Shown here: one piece after another, positions 12,767 through 36,263 of the stretch
Layout of the letters: each line of letters opens with the position of its first letter
Numbering within the stretch: position 1 is the first letter of the stretch
NCBI GenBank assembly: GCA_964247055.1
Contig: OZ176054.1
Span: forward strand, 3,348,001-3,412,000
Origin: Paragordius varius
Taxonomy: Eukaryota > Animalia > Nematomorpha
Direction: 5' to 3'
Length of the DNA stretch: 64,000 nt
The notes under the pieces: generated by a model
Databases searched by the model: none
What the model was told of the DNA's origin: nothing
What the model saw: the letters and a program-made list of their open reading frames with translations, nothing else
Made by a program: the position numbers and the translations under genes

Positions 12767-15008
12767 TCATTCTACATTTCCATTAGATGGTATTTTATTC
12801 AGCAAATTAACATTGAAATAAAGATCTTTCGTTAACATAGAAACTATGGAGCAACATTGTTTCTTGGCATGCATAGCCGGATCATCGGTGTTGGATTCAA
12901 AAGTACAAACATAAGCATTAACCCGGGTAAGAATACGTAATAAATCTAATTCATGAGCGAATTCACATAGGGCACGGCATAAACTTTGTATGAACCAAGA
13001 ACCTTGGCTACAGTTTCGCCAAGAGTAATAACCTTAAACGCATATTTGTAATGAAAATATTTAGCAATTATTTGAAATCTAAAATTAAATGGAATACATT
13101 AGGTTTGAATTTTGAATATGCATTCTAGATAGATTAATAAATATATAAAGATTAACAATATAATTTTATACAAAAAAGGTAAAACTAAAAACATTAAAAA
13201 CATTTTATAAGAGCCCTTATCAAAGAAGGGTCATTCCATTTAAATGCTTTAAATTTATACAGTAAAATTGTACGGACACAATGTAAACACATGAAGATGT
13301 TTTTTATAAACTTGAGTTTTTTATATTACGCTCCATATATTTTTAACACGCGCATATCATCCGATACATTGCATCAATTATATCATAAAATAAAAGCCTT
13401 TTTGTACACTAAGAAGATCCAAAACATCATAAAAACAGAAAAAAATAAATGCAAAAAAATGGGGGACTTTTTAGTTTGCGAAAAATAAAATGCACATTAC
13501 CAGGAACGGAAGAATAAGCTATAAGGAAATCAGCTTCGACCGGAATGCGTTTTATAACGCGGGAATCAACATCATCCAAGCCTGTGTCATCCGTCGCTTC
13601 GATTCCATCATCGAGTTTGGTTCCTCGACATGCCTAATCAATTTTTTTTAAAAATGTAAAATATTTTTTGGGATAAAGTTTTATCTTATTCCTATGGGTA
13701 AAATTTATTAGACTTATATAAATATTGTTGCTTAAAGAGTCTAATTTTATCATAAAACTTCAACTTGGAAAAACGGCCCTAACAAAAATAAAATATGGCA
13801 CTAGATATAGTTTAAGGTTTATAGCAAATAATTTATATTTATCAAATTACTAAATTCATCCAACTTTATCAATTATAAATGTTAATCAATAAAAATAATC
13901 AGATTGATAACCAATTTAAAACCTAAAAACTTCTTAAAAAAAGTACTTGTATGAAAAATAATTTAGGCTTTCCAGCTAAGGTAGGACAAACGTCACCCCT
14001 AAAGAGAGAAGTTAGCTCCTCCATTTTAAAGGTGGCATCTGTGCCCCAAATGTTTCCATCATCTTCGCCGTGAGATAGGAAAACCGTAACAAAGCAATCC
14101 GATTGACTAAAATCTTCATGGCTAACTATATATATATAACATAATAAATATCATAATTTGACACAATAAGATAGATTATTTTAAAATAATAAGATAAATT
14201 GCATAAAACATTTTATTAAAGTGCTAAAAAATGTTCGATAGTTTATTTATTAGCGCAAAAATAATTTTTTGGTTTGAATTGAATGGCCTGATAAAACTAT
14301 TTCATACAAAAAATACTTATAAATGTGACAATGTCAAACATTTAAAAATATTCAAGCACGAAAGTTACAATAGGAAATTTAATTATATTAGCCAAAAATA
14401 AATTATTTCAAAAGCAAATATTCCACAATAAATTTTTTTTATTACCTATTGACATTACACGCATAATATCGCGCACAGTTAAATTATCGTAAACCATGGT
14501 ATCAAAACCCAAATTGAGCATAATGTTTTGAATAGCCTTGGCATCTCTATCTGTTCCGTGACGTGCATTTAATTCCGTACAGGGATGAAAATCACGATTA
14601 TTTATAATTATGGCTTTGCCCCTATATCGATGGCCAAAATTATAGATAAATTTATCTGACAAATAATGTTGATAGTGGCTGGCATATTTGTTTAAATGTG
14701 TCGTATTAGATTTTATAATCTCTGTATGTTCATCGGGATTTGGAGTGGGAGATAGGGTGGGTTTGTGAATTAACCCATTTTTGCGAAGATTATACCGTGT
14801 TTCACGTAATATTGATGTGAATCTAATGTAAAGTTTCAGTAAAATATATTGAGGAATTGGTAAAATGTTTACAAAAAATAATATTGAACAAAATATATTA
14901 TTAAATTTTAAAATGCTACTCTGTCACGTAAGAATCGTTATTGTCTTCTAATTTTTTTTCATAATTTATGTCTCCATTTCCTATTGGGATTTCTAAGCTA
15001 TCATCCAT
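12767..15008 (-). CDS. Effector caspase (caspase-3/7-like), 5 exons, 347 aa
   Basis: Exons 14920-15008, 14446-14822, 13947-14125, 13501-13633, 12767-13032 (1044 nt). [26 protein letters not shown]|[33 protein letters not shown]; catalytic His and Cys intact. Confidence 0.95.
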
Positions 15009-15502
15009 TAATCAGGCCCCCTCTCAATTGACAGATGTTTTATTTATAGACTTTGTATAAAAAATGCGCATGTGTTTTAAATATGTGAAAATATTATCTA
15101 ATAATTACGAAAGAGTTAAATATATTAAATTTATGAGATAAACTAGAGTTTAACTCATTAAATCATAAGAACCATAATATGTGATGCTAAAAGAATTTAA
15201 AAATAATAACTTGTTTTTACAATCAATATTTTAAATTTATGTAAAATACTTAATTTTTTTAATTTTAGCCACATTTTTGGGTTAAAACAAGAATTTGATC
15301 CAAATTTTTTTAATCATTTATACCATTCGTTAATGTTTTTAACAGTTCTTTCTTTTCCTCTTGGTGACTTGATGTTTTTGCCTAACTTACAACTTGTAAA
15401 AATATATAAAAGTTGCATTTTCCATCGGAACATGGTAAATATAGAGAGTCCTCTAGGGTATAATGATATCCCTATTTGTGAAATATGAAATTGATATATA
15501 AG

Positions 15503-15606
15503 GATTCTAATATTTTTTGAAATTTACGAGTCAGAAAGTTATAAATTTTATAATGATTCTAATATTTTTTGAAATTTACGAGTCAGAAAGTTATAAATTT
15601 TATAAT
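15503..15606. repeat. 52-bp tandem duplication
   Basis: GATTCTAATATTTTTTGAAATTTACGAGTCAGAAAGTTATAAATTTTATAAT occurs twice head-to-tail (starts 15503 and 15555). Confidence 0.9.
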
Positions 15607-16327
15607 AATGTCCATATCGTGTCACGAATTTGGAGCACTCTTAATATAAAAAGGTTTTTGAGTTAGAGACAAAAAAATCGAGCCTATTTATATCACAGAA
15701 GACAGAATTTGGTGGTATAAAAAATATTCGGATATAATATATAATTTATATAGATAAATAAATGTTTTAGTAATCATGGTAAGTTTTGGACCTTACCATG
15801 ATACATATTACTACTTTTTCATAATTAATACATGTTAAAAAATGTCTAAATGCAACTCGCAAATTATTTTGATATATAGTTAAGAAAACGTAGAATTATC
15901 TAAAGCTTTAGATTAGGGGTTTACAAGTGTATAATATAGTTTCACATTTTGTGGTCTCTCCATATGGAAAAATCAGCCCAAATGGTTCTAATAATGCATA
16001 GCTTTTTTAAATAACCAAAATATTTATCAAACTTTTAGTCTACTTTGGTAATGAAAGGTTAGTGGGTATCAAGAAGATAATATATTAAACATTTTGTTCA
16101 GACACAAAAGTAGTGTATTTACATTTTTAGTACGGTCAAAACCACTATCAAAGAATTTTGATGCTTTATCTCATATAAATATAAATCAAAATATTTATGT
16201 CCATATAATAAATTTATATTTTTACCCCATTTACTTAAATATACCTTTTTATGTTTGGTTCCCATTTACATGAATTTAAATTTTATAAACTTTACTATCC
16301 CTCTTTTATCGGATTCAAATAATTATC

Positions 16328-18058
16328 ATGAATGATTCTAATCATGAAATATCTACCTTGAGCAACAAACTAAATTCAAGTGATTTGGAAAAAGCAACTA
16401 TTAATCAAGAAAAACGCTTTGAAAAGATTAAACATAAGAAAAAGCGAAAGAAACATTATTTTAATCAAGCCGATTCATCTATTATAGAAGAAAAACTTAC
16501 CAAAAATCTTATATCCAAATTCCATGCTTTATCATCTTCCGGTAAAAAGCAAAAAGATATAATTTTGTCTACCTATGATGAAACCCTTTTTCATCAAATA
16601 GGTCCTTACATATCAATATTTAATTCGGATTATAAATTTAATTTTTGCCTTCAATCGCAACATAAATTTTCAAAATATAAAGTTAAGTTGAATCAAACCC
16701 CTCATAACACGGTTTTCGACTCATTTATTTCTACAAAAACGCAACTTGTCACTCCTTTACCAACAAATAATTCAATAATGCCTTCAGTGTTTAACGATAA
16801 TAGAAATAATCCAAATGTTCAAAATAAACAAACATACGTCTCTTTACTGGATATTTCGAGACTTCGTCAAAATTCCATGATAAAAACGGATCCATCTCCT
16901 CAATCGTTCAATAGAGTTAAAATAAACGTTTCTGTCCCACCCGTTTCCGATGTGATTATTAATGTTAAACAATATTTGGCCACTAAACTTTACAATCGTT
17001 TTGGGAATGTTTCATATGATTTTTCAAATCCAAACGTTTCGTCAAAATCGATTCCTGATATTACATTGGCACAACTAAAATCAAATCTGGTAACTCAGAA
17101 AATAACAACAAGCGATAAAAATCTTGAGAATACTAACCAACCAAAATGTCCTTGGATTTGTAGTTTTTGCCAATTGCCAACTTTTTATAATCTTCTGCTT
17201 GGGGAATTATTTGGACCAATAACTGTGATTACTGACATAAATCGTCTGCTTGATAATGATGATGAAATTTTGAAATTGATAGATACGAATTCAATTTTCA
17301 AAAATGGCGAAAATGTAGAAAGACAACAAAATACATCCAATACTTTGGGTAATTCAGGTGATATTGCAGCTTCACCACTTAGAAAATCTAGAAGAATAAA
17401 TACAACGGGATCACTTGATCATGATAACTCTCATCTAACCAACGCCTTTTCCAATCACCGTTTAAACAATGTTGCTAATGCCAATTTTCAAAATTCTCTA
17501 AAACAATCCACATCTCCAACCTCTTTTGATGTGCAGAATAAGAATTCTCTGCAAACTAAACCATTGTTATTGCGATTTTATTTTCATACACCTTGTTTAC
17601 TTTGGGCTTCACATCTTAGAATAACATCCGTTGGTTATGAAAATTTGGATAAATGTGTGACATCGGCATTTTTTCGGGTATAAATTTTAAATTATAAATT
17701 TAGAAATGCTCTATATGCTCTAAAATTGGTGCCAATATTAATTGTTGTGGCAAAAATTGCTCATCTTGGTTTCATTTTTCCTGTGCCGCTCATCTTAAAG
17801 GTAAAATTTTCATGATTCTGTATGCAATTTTTAATTAATGTAATTTATCGCAATCGACTTTTTTGTTTAATTTTTTATCATCAAAGGTTATTAATATCTT
17901 TGCAAAAGTTACGTTCTATACAATACCATAAAAAACTATTTTAAAGGTTTAACTAAATATTTTATATTAATTTAGATGAATATACATTCGAAGAATCTTC
18001 TTTTTTAGCTCTATGTCCATTACACAAAAATACCCGAGAGAGTTCTTTTAAACGGTAG
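16328..18058 (+). CDS. TCF20/RAI1-like extended-PHD (ePHD) chromatin protein, 3 exons, about 509 aa
   Basis: Exons 16328-17677, 17704-17800, 17976-18058. CSFC..LGELFGP, long linker, FHTPCLLWAS, then KCSICSKIGANINC..CSSWFHFSCA..LCPLH: the split C2HC knuckle plus PHD of the RAI1/TCF20 family. Confidence 0.75.
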
Positions 18059-19439
18059 ATAAACAACGGATTTTATTAATTATAATATTTTTCATTTAAT
18101 TTTTATCGTGAATGTTGGTTAAATTTTTTTCCATACTTTTAGTGCCATCAGTACAAACTCTAAAGGCAGATGATAAAGAAACTTTAGTCCCTTTTTTGTT
18201 CTTAACTAAAAATATTGACTATCCCATCGTATTTAAAATATTCCTGAGTAAAAAGGACGCCGCTTAACAATCGATCAGAAAATATTTCAATGCAACATAC
18301 ATACATTAGTTGATAACATGAAAACATTCATTTAAAAAAAATTTCTTCTGAAAAAACAATTTTTTAAATTTTCCCCCTACTACTATGGAAAAATCGAGAA
18401 AGGACTGCCAAAAATGACTAGAAATAAATACGAGAATCTTTTGGTATGTTAATTACGATTTATGTTGTTTCCACCACCTACAATCATTGATTCTTCCGAA
18501 AACTCTCTTTGATGATCAAATTAAATAACTAAAGATACAAGAATCATTTAATTAAATGGATCTTATCCAATGATTCTGGAAAGAAAAAATCTATATGGTA
18601 TAAAGATAATATCACTAAAGAGCAAAAAAAGCGAATTTATTTCAACAGCATTCTTTGAGATACGACTGGAAGTTTTTGAGATGATACTTAATCATATTAT
18701 GACTAAAAACGCTAAAAAATAATTATTTGGTAGCCACATAATATTCAATCATTAATATATAATTGTAAATAGTATTGAACTTTGATGTATTAAATATATT
18801 TTTTTATTTGCCATACACTATTCTTTATACAGACTATTCTTTATTTTTTTATAATTTATTGTACAGAAACCATCGTTAAAATAGATTAGGTTGATTTTTG
18901 CCGATTTGTTTAAAATAGGGTTGTTCCATAAAAACTTTTTTGTTCCAGATATATCGTTATTTTTGCGTTTTTTAGCTCTTAATTTTTTCTAAATTTTTAC
19001 ATTTTAATCCCTATTTGATTTTTATGCATTTTACTTGTAAAGTTTAAAACATTTGTTTTGATTATTTTATTTTTTTGGTACGGCTAACGACTGGACTCAT
19101 GGTAAAAAAACTCTTAATAAATCGTTTCTTTTAAGTAAAATATTAAAAACTGTTCTTTCCTAAAATTTTCTTTCATGCTTCCATATTTAATTTATAATTT
19201 ATAATTACGGTTTGATTTGTCACACGTTCGTCCTCTCAAACAAAATTTAAATTAAAATCTATATACAATCTAACTCAGTGGTACTCGCCAAAAAAATATT
19301 TTCGTGTCTCAAGGGCCCAGCATCATATAACACCCCAGATAAAGATAGTCCAATTAGAACATTAAAAAATTTAATTAATTATTCATATTTTAAAAATAAA
19401 GGTAACTAAATTCAGTTAACAAGTTTCCCATTTTGTTTT

Positions 19440-20110
19440 CCAATAGCTTGTATTTTCCGCATCGTCATTACTAGTTTGGCGCCTCAGTAAGGTCGTCATA
19501 AATAGTATTGAGCCAGCTTTTGAAGGGCCTACTAGGTTTCGAGCTAGGTTTAGAGCAGTGATTTCAAAAGAAGAGCAACGCCCCCCAAGGCAGGCATGAA
19601 AAAATCTAAGGGGGGGGGGGATAAATTTGGAGAATTTATCTAAACATATAGAAGGTTTTCAGGTGCGAATTATCAAGATTTGACACCGATATGAATGCAT
19701 ATATAATATAAAGATCTCATTGATTGGGAATTATGATATTATATTTTTTGTTTTTTATTTTAGAGGCTCAAAATTTTTTTATATTCAATTTGGTGGGACG
19801 TTAACGAAAAAAGGTTGGAAATGACTGGTTTAGAGTATACATCATTATATTTATGCAATTATCTGGAGGTCTACGATGGATGTGACCTGCCCATCTTAGT
19901 TTTTTGGCTCTTAGATAGGGGTCACTAGCAGTGAGTTAAAAGATTTGATAAGGATCCAATAGATTGATTATTAAAATTAAAGAGTTTGGGATTATGCAAT
20001 AGATTTGTTTTGAGCATAATTTACCAATTTAGACTAGGTCAGTATTCCGTGCCATTAGATTGCGCTAGACGGATGATGGAAGAATATAGCTAGGATTTCC
20101 TTTAAGTTTA
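19440..20110 (-). mobile_element. Decayed RTE-clade LINE 3' fragment interrupted by a hAT MITE
   Basis: YLRAKKLRWAGHIHRRPPD on one side of the MITE and SRPFKSWLNTIYDDL on the other. Confidence 0.65.
19556..19827. mobile_element. hAT-like MITE with a perfect 8-bp TSD
   Basis: CAGTGATTTCAA...GGTTGGAAATGACTG flanked on both sides by GTTTAGAG (19548-19555 and 19828-19835). Confidence 0.85.
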
Positions 20111-20754
20111 TTAAATTTATTATAAATCATGTGTTTTAATCAATGGTGTTATTTCCCTGCTTCAGACTTTACCGATACCTCCCTTGGCGCATATTTCATC
20201 ACCAGAGATTCCGTTTTAAAATTTGGTAAATACACTATTTAAATTCAAAAATCATTATTAATTTAATGTCCCGTTTTTTACCTATATTATACGAAAGTTA
20301 GGGCAACACTTCATAAATACATGCAAAAAACGAAAAAGACTCTTGTTTATGACAGTGTGGAATGCTCATTTTTCCCCAGATATTTACAAAAATATCCATA
20401 AAATTGGTCAAAAAACTATTTTCTTAATGTTCAACTATGAAGTTAATATGTGAGTCAAGCATTTTACACGCTCTTTCATATAATAAATTTAACTGGCTTG
20501 CAAATCCAATTGTTTAGTTTGTTCAAAATTTATTAGTGAAATAATATATATTAATTATATTAACTACAATTAAGTTAAACTGGAATAGAATGAATATATA
20601 TATGCAAAAAATAAAAATATAATTTCAAGTCAAAAATATATAATTTGTTGTAAATAATTATTGAATCACGGTAAATATGAAGAAAAATATAATGTAATAA
20701 GTATTGGGCAAAAATTATTTGAGCCCTATATACCTCTTAAAAATATGTAGAAAG

Positions 20755-20756
<2 letters not shown>

Positions 20757-20790
<34 letters not shown>
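20757..20790. repeat. (TA)n microsatellite; others near 23091-23129, 26294-26323, 42173-42237, 53290-53333 and 62597-62621
   Basis: Direct inspection. Confidence 0.9.
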
Positions 20791-20793
<3 letters not shown>

Positions 20794-21087
20794 TTAACAT
20801 CACAACATTTGCAAATATAATTGAGTAAGAGAACATTTTTTATAAATCTTTTCAAAAAATATATGTCACGTTAAGTATTGAGATGGATGTGTAAAAATCA
20901 GATCAATATTTGGTATTATTTGGCCCATAATGAAACAATATGAAACGCAAAAACTTAATGTGTAAAATCACACCACAAATGAAATTGGATATATTAATTG
21001 CATAAAAAGTGTGAAACCAGAAAATAAATTATGGTAAATGCTAAAGTAGCACTAGAAATCCCCCCCCCCAATATATATTGTTTTTTT

Positions 21088-31433
<10,346 letters not shown>

Positions 31434-32255
31434 TTTGAATTTATTTTAATACGAGATAATTTAACACAAATAAATTAATTGAAGTTAAAGCGCAAGTAAT
31501 CACTTAATTGAATAAACAAAGATACGTGCAATAAATGTAATAAAAGACAAACAATTTAAATGGCCAATGCGAATACGTATTTTACTCCATTAGCATAACT
31601 TCATAGAACAGTAAGAATAAACATGCCTTAAATATAAAAATTAATTTTATTACTGAAAAACAGGTAAATTATATAAAAGAGACACAAATGCTACAAAAGG
31701 ATGTATCATGGTTAAAAGGTCCTATCTCACTGGCAGATGTATATATAGAGTATACAAAAAAATCTTATGATATATATGCCAATAGATAAATATACTGAAT
31801 TATCATAGGCTTTCTTTTGGGCCTTATGAAATATTTACAGTTAAGATTGCTTCATATGGAAGTAAAATCGTATTTAATTTAGAAATATGATGAAAACAGC
31901 ATTAACACTCTATGTTATAAATATTTAATTATATAAGGCTTTTCTATATAATTGGATTATCAACAATTCAATCCTCTCAAATTTAAATTTAAAGGTTTGA
32001 TGCAATCAACTTTTTTTGAAAAAAATTATGAGGTGACTAAATATTCAGCATCATGGAATCTTATAGAAAAAGTGTTAAAATATCTTAAGTAGTTTTTATT
32101 TTCTATCATGCATCAAAATAGCAGGAAATGACTTCCAGATTTGCCAAAAATTAAATATTTTTATTAATTTGTTATTCATTTTTATATTTTTCTGATGTAT
32201 TATTTTAGCATTTAGTTAAAAAATCTGGATAAATCTCGCCATATTTGGGTTTATA

Positions 32256-32776
32256 TTAACACTTCGCTTCAAATTGAGGTTGTATCTATATCCAAACTAA
32301 ATTTAAATTAATATTTTAAAAAACAACCGAAGGAAACGGTTTAAACTTATGCTTCTATCCTAATGAAAATTATATAAAATATCCATGTGATTTGTTTTGA
32401 AAAAAAAGTTCCATGTCAAACTACTTCGACACCATTTTTATTTCACAAAATTTTTACAAAAATCGTCTTCATTTTATTTTAAGGGTAAAATTAAAGCTAA
32501 TTTTTATTTAAATTACATCTGACATTGATAGAGATAGAAAAAGCGGTTTATTTTGTATTATTTTTTTATTTTACCATTTCACACATGTCACGTTGACGAT
32601 TTTTATACCTATCGGTTTGAGCTTAAAATAAGTATAAGTATTTTTAAATCAAATTTATTATATATTTCGGTTTATAATGTTATATATGTGCAAAACTTTG
32701 CCATGGTTCCTGGGGTAATTAACTACCTTAATTTGAATCGAAGGACTAAAATGAGTGTCTTGTATCCAAGTGTTAA
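32256..32776. mobile_element. piggyBac-like family B, copy 2
   Basis: TTAA|CACTTCGCTTCAAATTG ... AATTTGAATCGAAGGACTAAAATGAGTGTCTTGTATCCAAGTG|TTAA. Confidence 0.8.
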
Positions 32777-33273
32777 GGAGCCAAGCCCATTTTAGAAAGT
32801 GCCAAAAATTTGAAAATGTGGCAACTACATTGAAAAATAAATAGTTAAAAAAATCGAGAATCGAAAATGATCTATTTTACTGATATTATTGGAAGCTATC
32901 TTTTTGATGGGGACAAATTTGGCGTTTTACAATATAGAGCAAAACTGTAAATTATTTACTTATATCGCTCTTAAGGGAAAAAAAATCACCATGATACTGA
33001 TAAATTTTATTAGATTATATATTTCATCAGGATCTTATACCCCCAATTTTATGCACAGTGTATGTATGCGTAGCTGTAAAATAAAATTTTAATAATTTTA
33101 TTCAAAACCTGCTTTTGTGGCCAAACACTTTAAGCCACATAAGTAAATTCTAAAAGATAAATATTAAGAAAATATATGTTAAAGGACACTGCTGGTAAAT
33201 GATTTTAATTATTATTATTATCTTTTGGATGTGGAATCCACATAAAAATTAAAATTTATTGATAATTTTTTAC

Positions 33274-33780
33274 TTAACATTCCACTTCGATTCAAAATGG
33301 GGTGTCATTACCCCAGACTATAGTTAAGTTAAACTTTCAAAAACTAAGCCGATATATCTAAATAAAATTTGGTTTTCAAAAAAATTCCATATAAAACTAC
33401 TTCGTTGCCATTTTTATTCATCAACCTTTTAGCAAAATATCGTCGTTATTTGATTTTAAAGATAAAATGAAAGCTATTTTTTATTTACATCACATCTAAC
33501 ATTGATTGAAACAGAAAAGTGGTTTAATTTGTAATAATTTTAAATTTAACAAATGCACACATGCCATGTTAACTTTTACCTTGAGGTTTTGCCTAAAAAA
33601 AGTAATATCAAGTATCTTTAAATAGGATTTTTTATATATTTGGGTTCATTAATGTTATAAATGTGCATATTTTTGTCATGGTTTCAATTCATTCCATGTT
33701 ATTTATTTTTAACCGTCCTCGGGTTAATTACGCCGAATCGAATTGAAGGACTAAAATGAATGTGTTGTATCCAAGTTTAA
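33274..33780. mobile_element. piggyBac-like family B, copy 3 (more diverged)
   Basis: TTAA..CACTTCGATTCAAAATGGGG ... GAAGGACTAAAATGAATGTGTTGTATCCAAGT|TTAA. Confidence 0.7.
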
Positions 33781-33839
33781 TTCATACGTAATTATTCAAA
33801 ATTATAAATAAACATATTGAGCACCCTTTTTCAAATATA

Positions 33840-35821
33840 ATGCTTTCAAGCGATATCGATTCAGACGCCGAAGTAAATAAATTTTTTAATTAAAGTTACA
33901 AGACGCATTTGAGAAAGGACAGCTAAATCCAGGAACATATATCTCTGAAGACGCACCAAAAAAGTTTGTTTATAATAAGGTAATTGTTTTATTTAAAATT
34001 ATTAAACCTTAATTTAAATTTAAATATAATTGCAGACAGCTCTTGATGGTGCCTTTCAAATTCTAAAATCAAAGCGTTCAGATTTTTTGTTTCCTGAATA
34101 TTTGGATGCAAGTGCACCCAATATATCCCTTGATGCAGATCAAGATGTATATGATTTTAAAAACCCTCCTTCAAATACATTAAAGAAAAATGAAATGACT
34201 AAACAACAAGAAAATTTGGCCAAAAACGATTTTCAACGGGAGACATACTTGTATTTGTTCTTTGCAATTTATTTTTTAGTTACAATTTAGCCCAGACATC
34301 TGCTTATAATCTTATTTCTGAGTTAAACAAAATTATGAAAACCCAAAGGCCAGATGATTATTTTGCAGAAATGGTTAAATCAGATCAGCACATGGATAGG
34401 GTAATATTAAATTCACTGATTCTGTGTATCAGCATTAACATTTTTTGTAAAGATTTAATAAAATTCAATGAATTAATATTCAAGTTTTGTGGGATTCAAT
34501 CGTTAAAATAGATTGTTTATATATTTTTCACGTTGTAAATTTCAGATAATTAAATATTCTGGTTTAAACCATTAGTACATTTAATGGTGAAGTTTCACTT
34601 ATTGACATAACAAAAAACAAAATATACATTGTATATCAAAAATAGATATTTTATAATTATTTTTTCAATATAAAATTTTTATTTATTTGCTTTGCTAGAT
34701 AAAAAGAGTCCTTGCTGCCAAGCAGGCTAGTTTACAACGCATCGAAAAAGTCACGAAAGAACGGAAAGAACGATCACTTTCCAAAAAAATGGCTAAATTG
34801 GACAAGGCTAAAAAGCAGGCTGACCTACGGAAAAAATTGACTAAAACTAAGCTTTGGAAAAAGAGTTTACATACATTTTTTTCACTATAATTTGGCTATT
34901 TTATACATAAAATTAGACTATATGACAGTACATTTTCAATGCTCTTATTATATATCTGTTTATTATTTTTTAGGCCATATTAATTTTTCCAAGTTAATAT
35001 TTTGATTGACTTCTTTTTTCGCAATTAAAGTTATTTATTGCCTTCTATTGCCTTTTACTGCTTATAATGTTTAAAATTCTATCTTCATTTCTATTTTATA
35101 AATATTTAATGTAATAGGACCATATTGCTACAATATAATATTTTTAGGAAATAGTGTATGGATTTTTCGTTTATTTTAATATTATATAGTCTTTTTAAGA
35201 TTTCCACTTTTAAAAATCTTAAATTTAATCAAACTAATGCATTTAACAGGGTATATCGCTTAATTTTTATGCAATTTACCGATATAATAATTAATAAACC
35301 AGCTATACAGAAATTAATAAAGTTCTCTATATTGTATTTTTATATTCTAAGAAATCAATGTTGACAATTTGGATGAAGAGTTGTCGACTTCTCAGCCTGG
35401 TAATAAAAAGAAAAAATTTGGGCAAAAAGATGATTTTAAAAATAGAACTTTGAATGTTCCTGGAAATAAAAAGCTTAGGTAACATTTTTTTTTTATTTAA
35501 TTCCAAAATTTTATGGTATTTTGGCTCTAAATTTTTAATATTTTTAGTAAAAAAGCACAATATAAACTCAAAAAATTTGGGAATAAAGATCACGTCACTG
35601 AGGGTGGTTTTAAACGCAAACGTGGTTGGAAACGGAATAATATGAAGAAAGATGATTTAATCGCCTTCACCTCTAAAAACACCAATAATAATAAAAATAG
35701 GCCTGGTGCCAAAAATAAACACAAAAATTTTGGGAACCGGAAAGGACAGAATATATCTAAAAAGAATAATAATAACAATAAAAAATTTGGTGGTCAGCGT
35801 AAGAAAAGACGACAAAAATAA
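33840..35821 (+). CDS. EBNA1BP2: rRNA-processing protein EBP2, 7 exons, 339 aa
   Basis: Exons 33840-33872, 33896-33979, 34036-34250, 34280-34400, 34699-34864, 35352-35478, 35548-35821 (1020 nt). ELQDAFEKGQLNPG, NDFQRETYFYNLAQ, TQRPDDYFAEMVKSDQHMDRIK, Lys/Arg-rich C-terminus. Confidence 0.92.
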
Positions 35822-36263
35822 ATTGATATAGTTTATATTTCTATATTTAAATAAATTCTAATTCAAAAATGTCCGACCTGATTCTACTCGTAAATATTGT
35901 TTTAAACGTCTTTTCGGTTAATCTTATTGAACAATATTTAAGAAAATATTTGTTACTAAGTGTGAGTGTTATTTACCATTTTTCGATTTTGGCTAAATGA
36001 AAAGTTAAAGTAGTTTATTAGTTATCCTCTTGCAAATCTTGATGATTTTTTTTATCAGATACGCTATTGTATTGTATCCTTAGTAATCAGCACCAAAACC
36101 AACGCAATTAAAACATGTTGTACCAAATATTAAATTCCGTGATATTGTGTGTATTGCACTATGAGACAACATCTTTTGCCAATAATAATTTTTATCAAAG
36201 CCAAACAGATAGGTTTTAATGGGTTTAGTCTTATTCATTTTTAACAAATATTATAGATTCAGT

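Noticed and set aside
12767-15008. Caspase as an inactive or atypical paralogue (KQCCSI instead of KQIPCI)
   Set aside because: The catalytic His and Cys and the S1 Arg/Gln residues are intact.
18390-18720. Possible transposase remnant
   Set aside because: No recognisable motif in any frame.
32553-33092. Short ORFs such as 32553-32795, 32889-33092, 39443-39718, 40071-40301 and 41743-42087
   Set aside because: They lie in MITE, Helitron or AT-rich repeat DNA with no splice or motif support.
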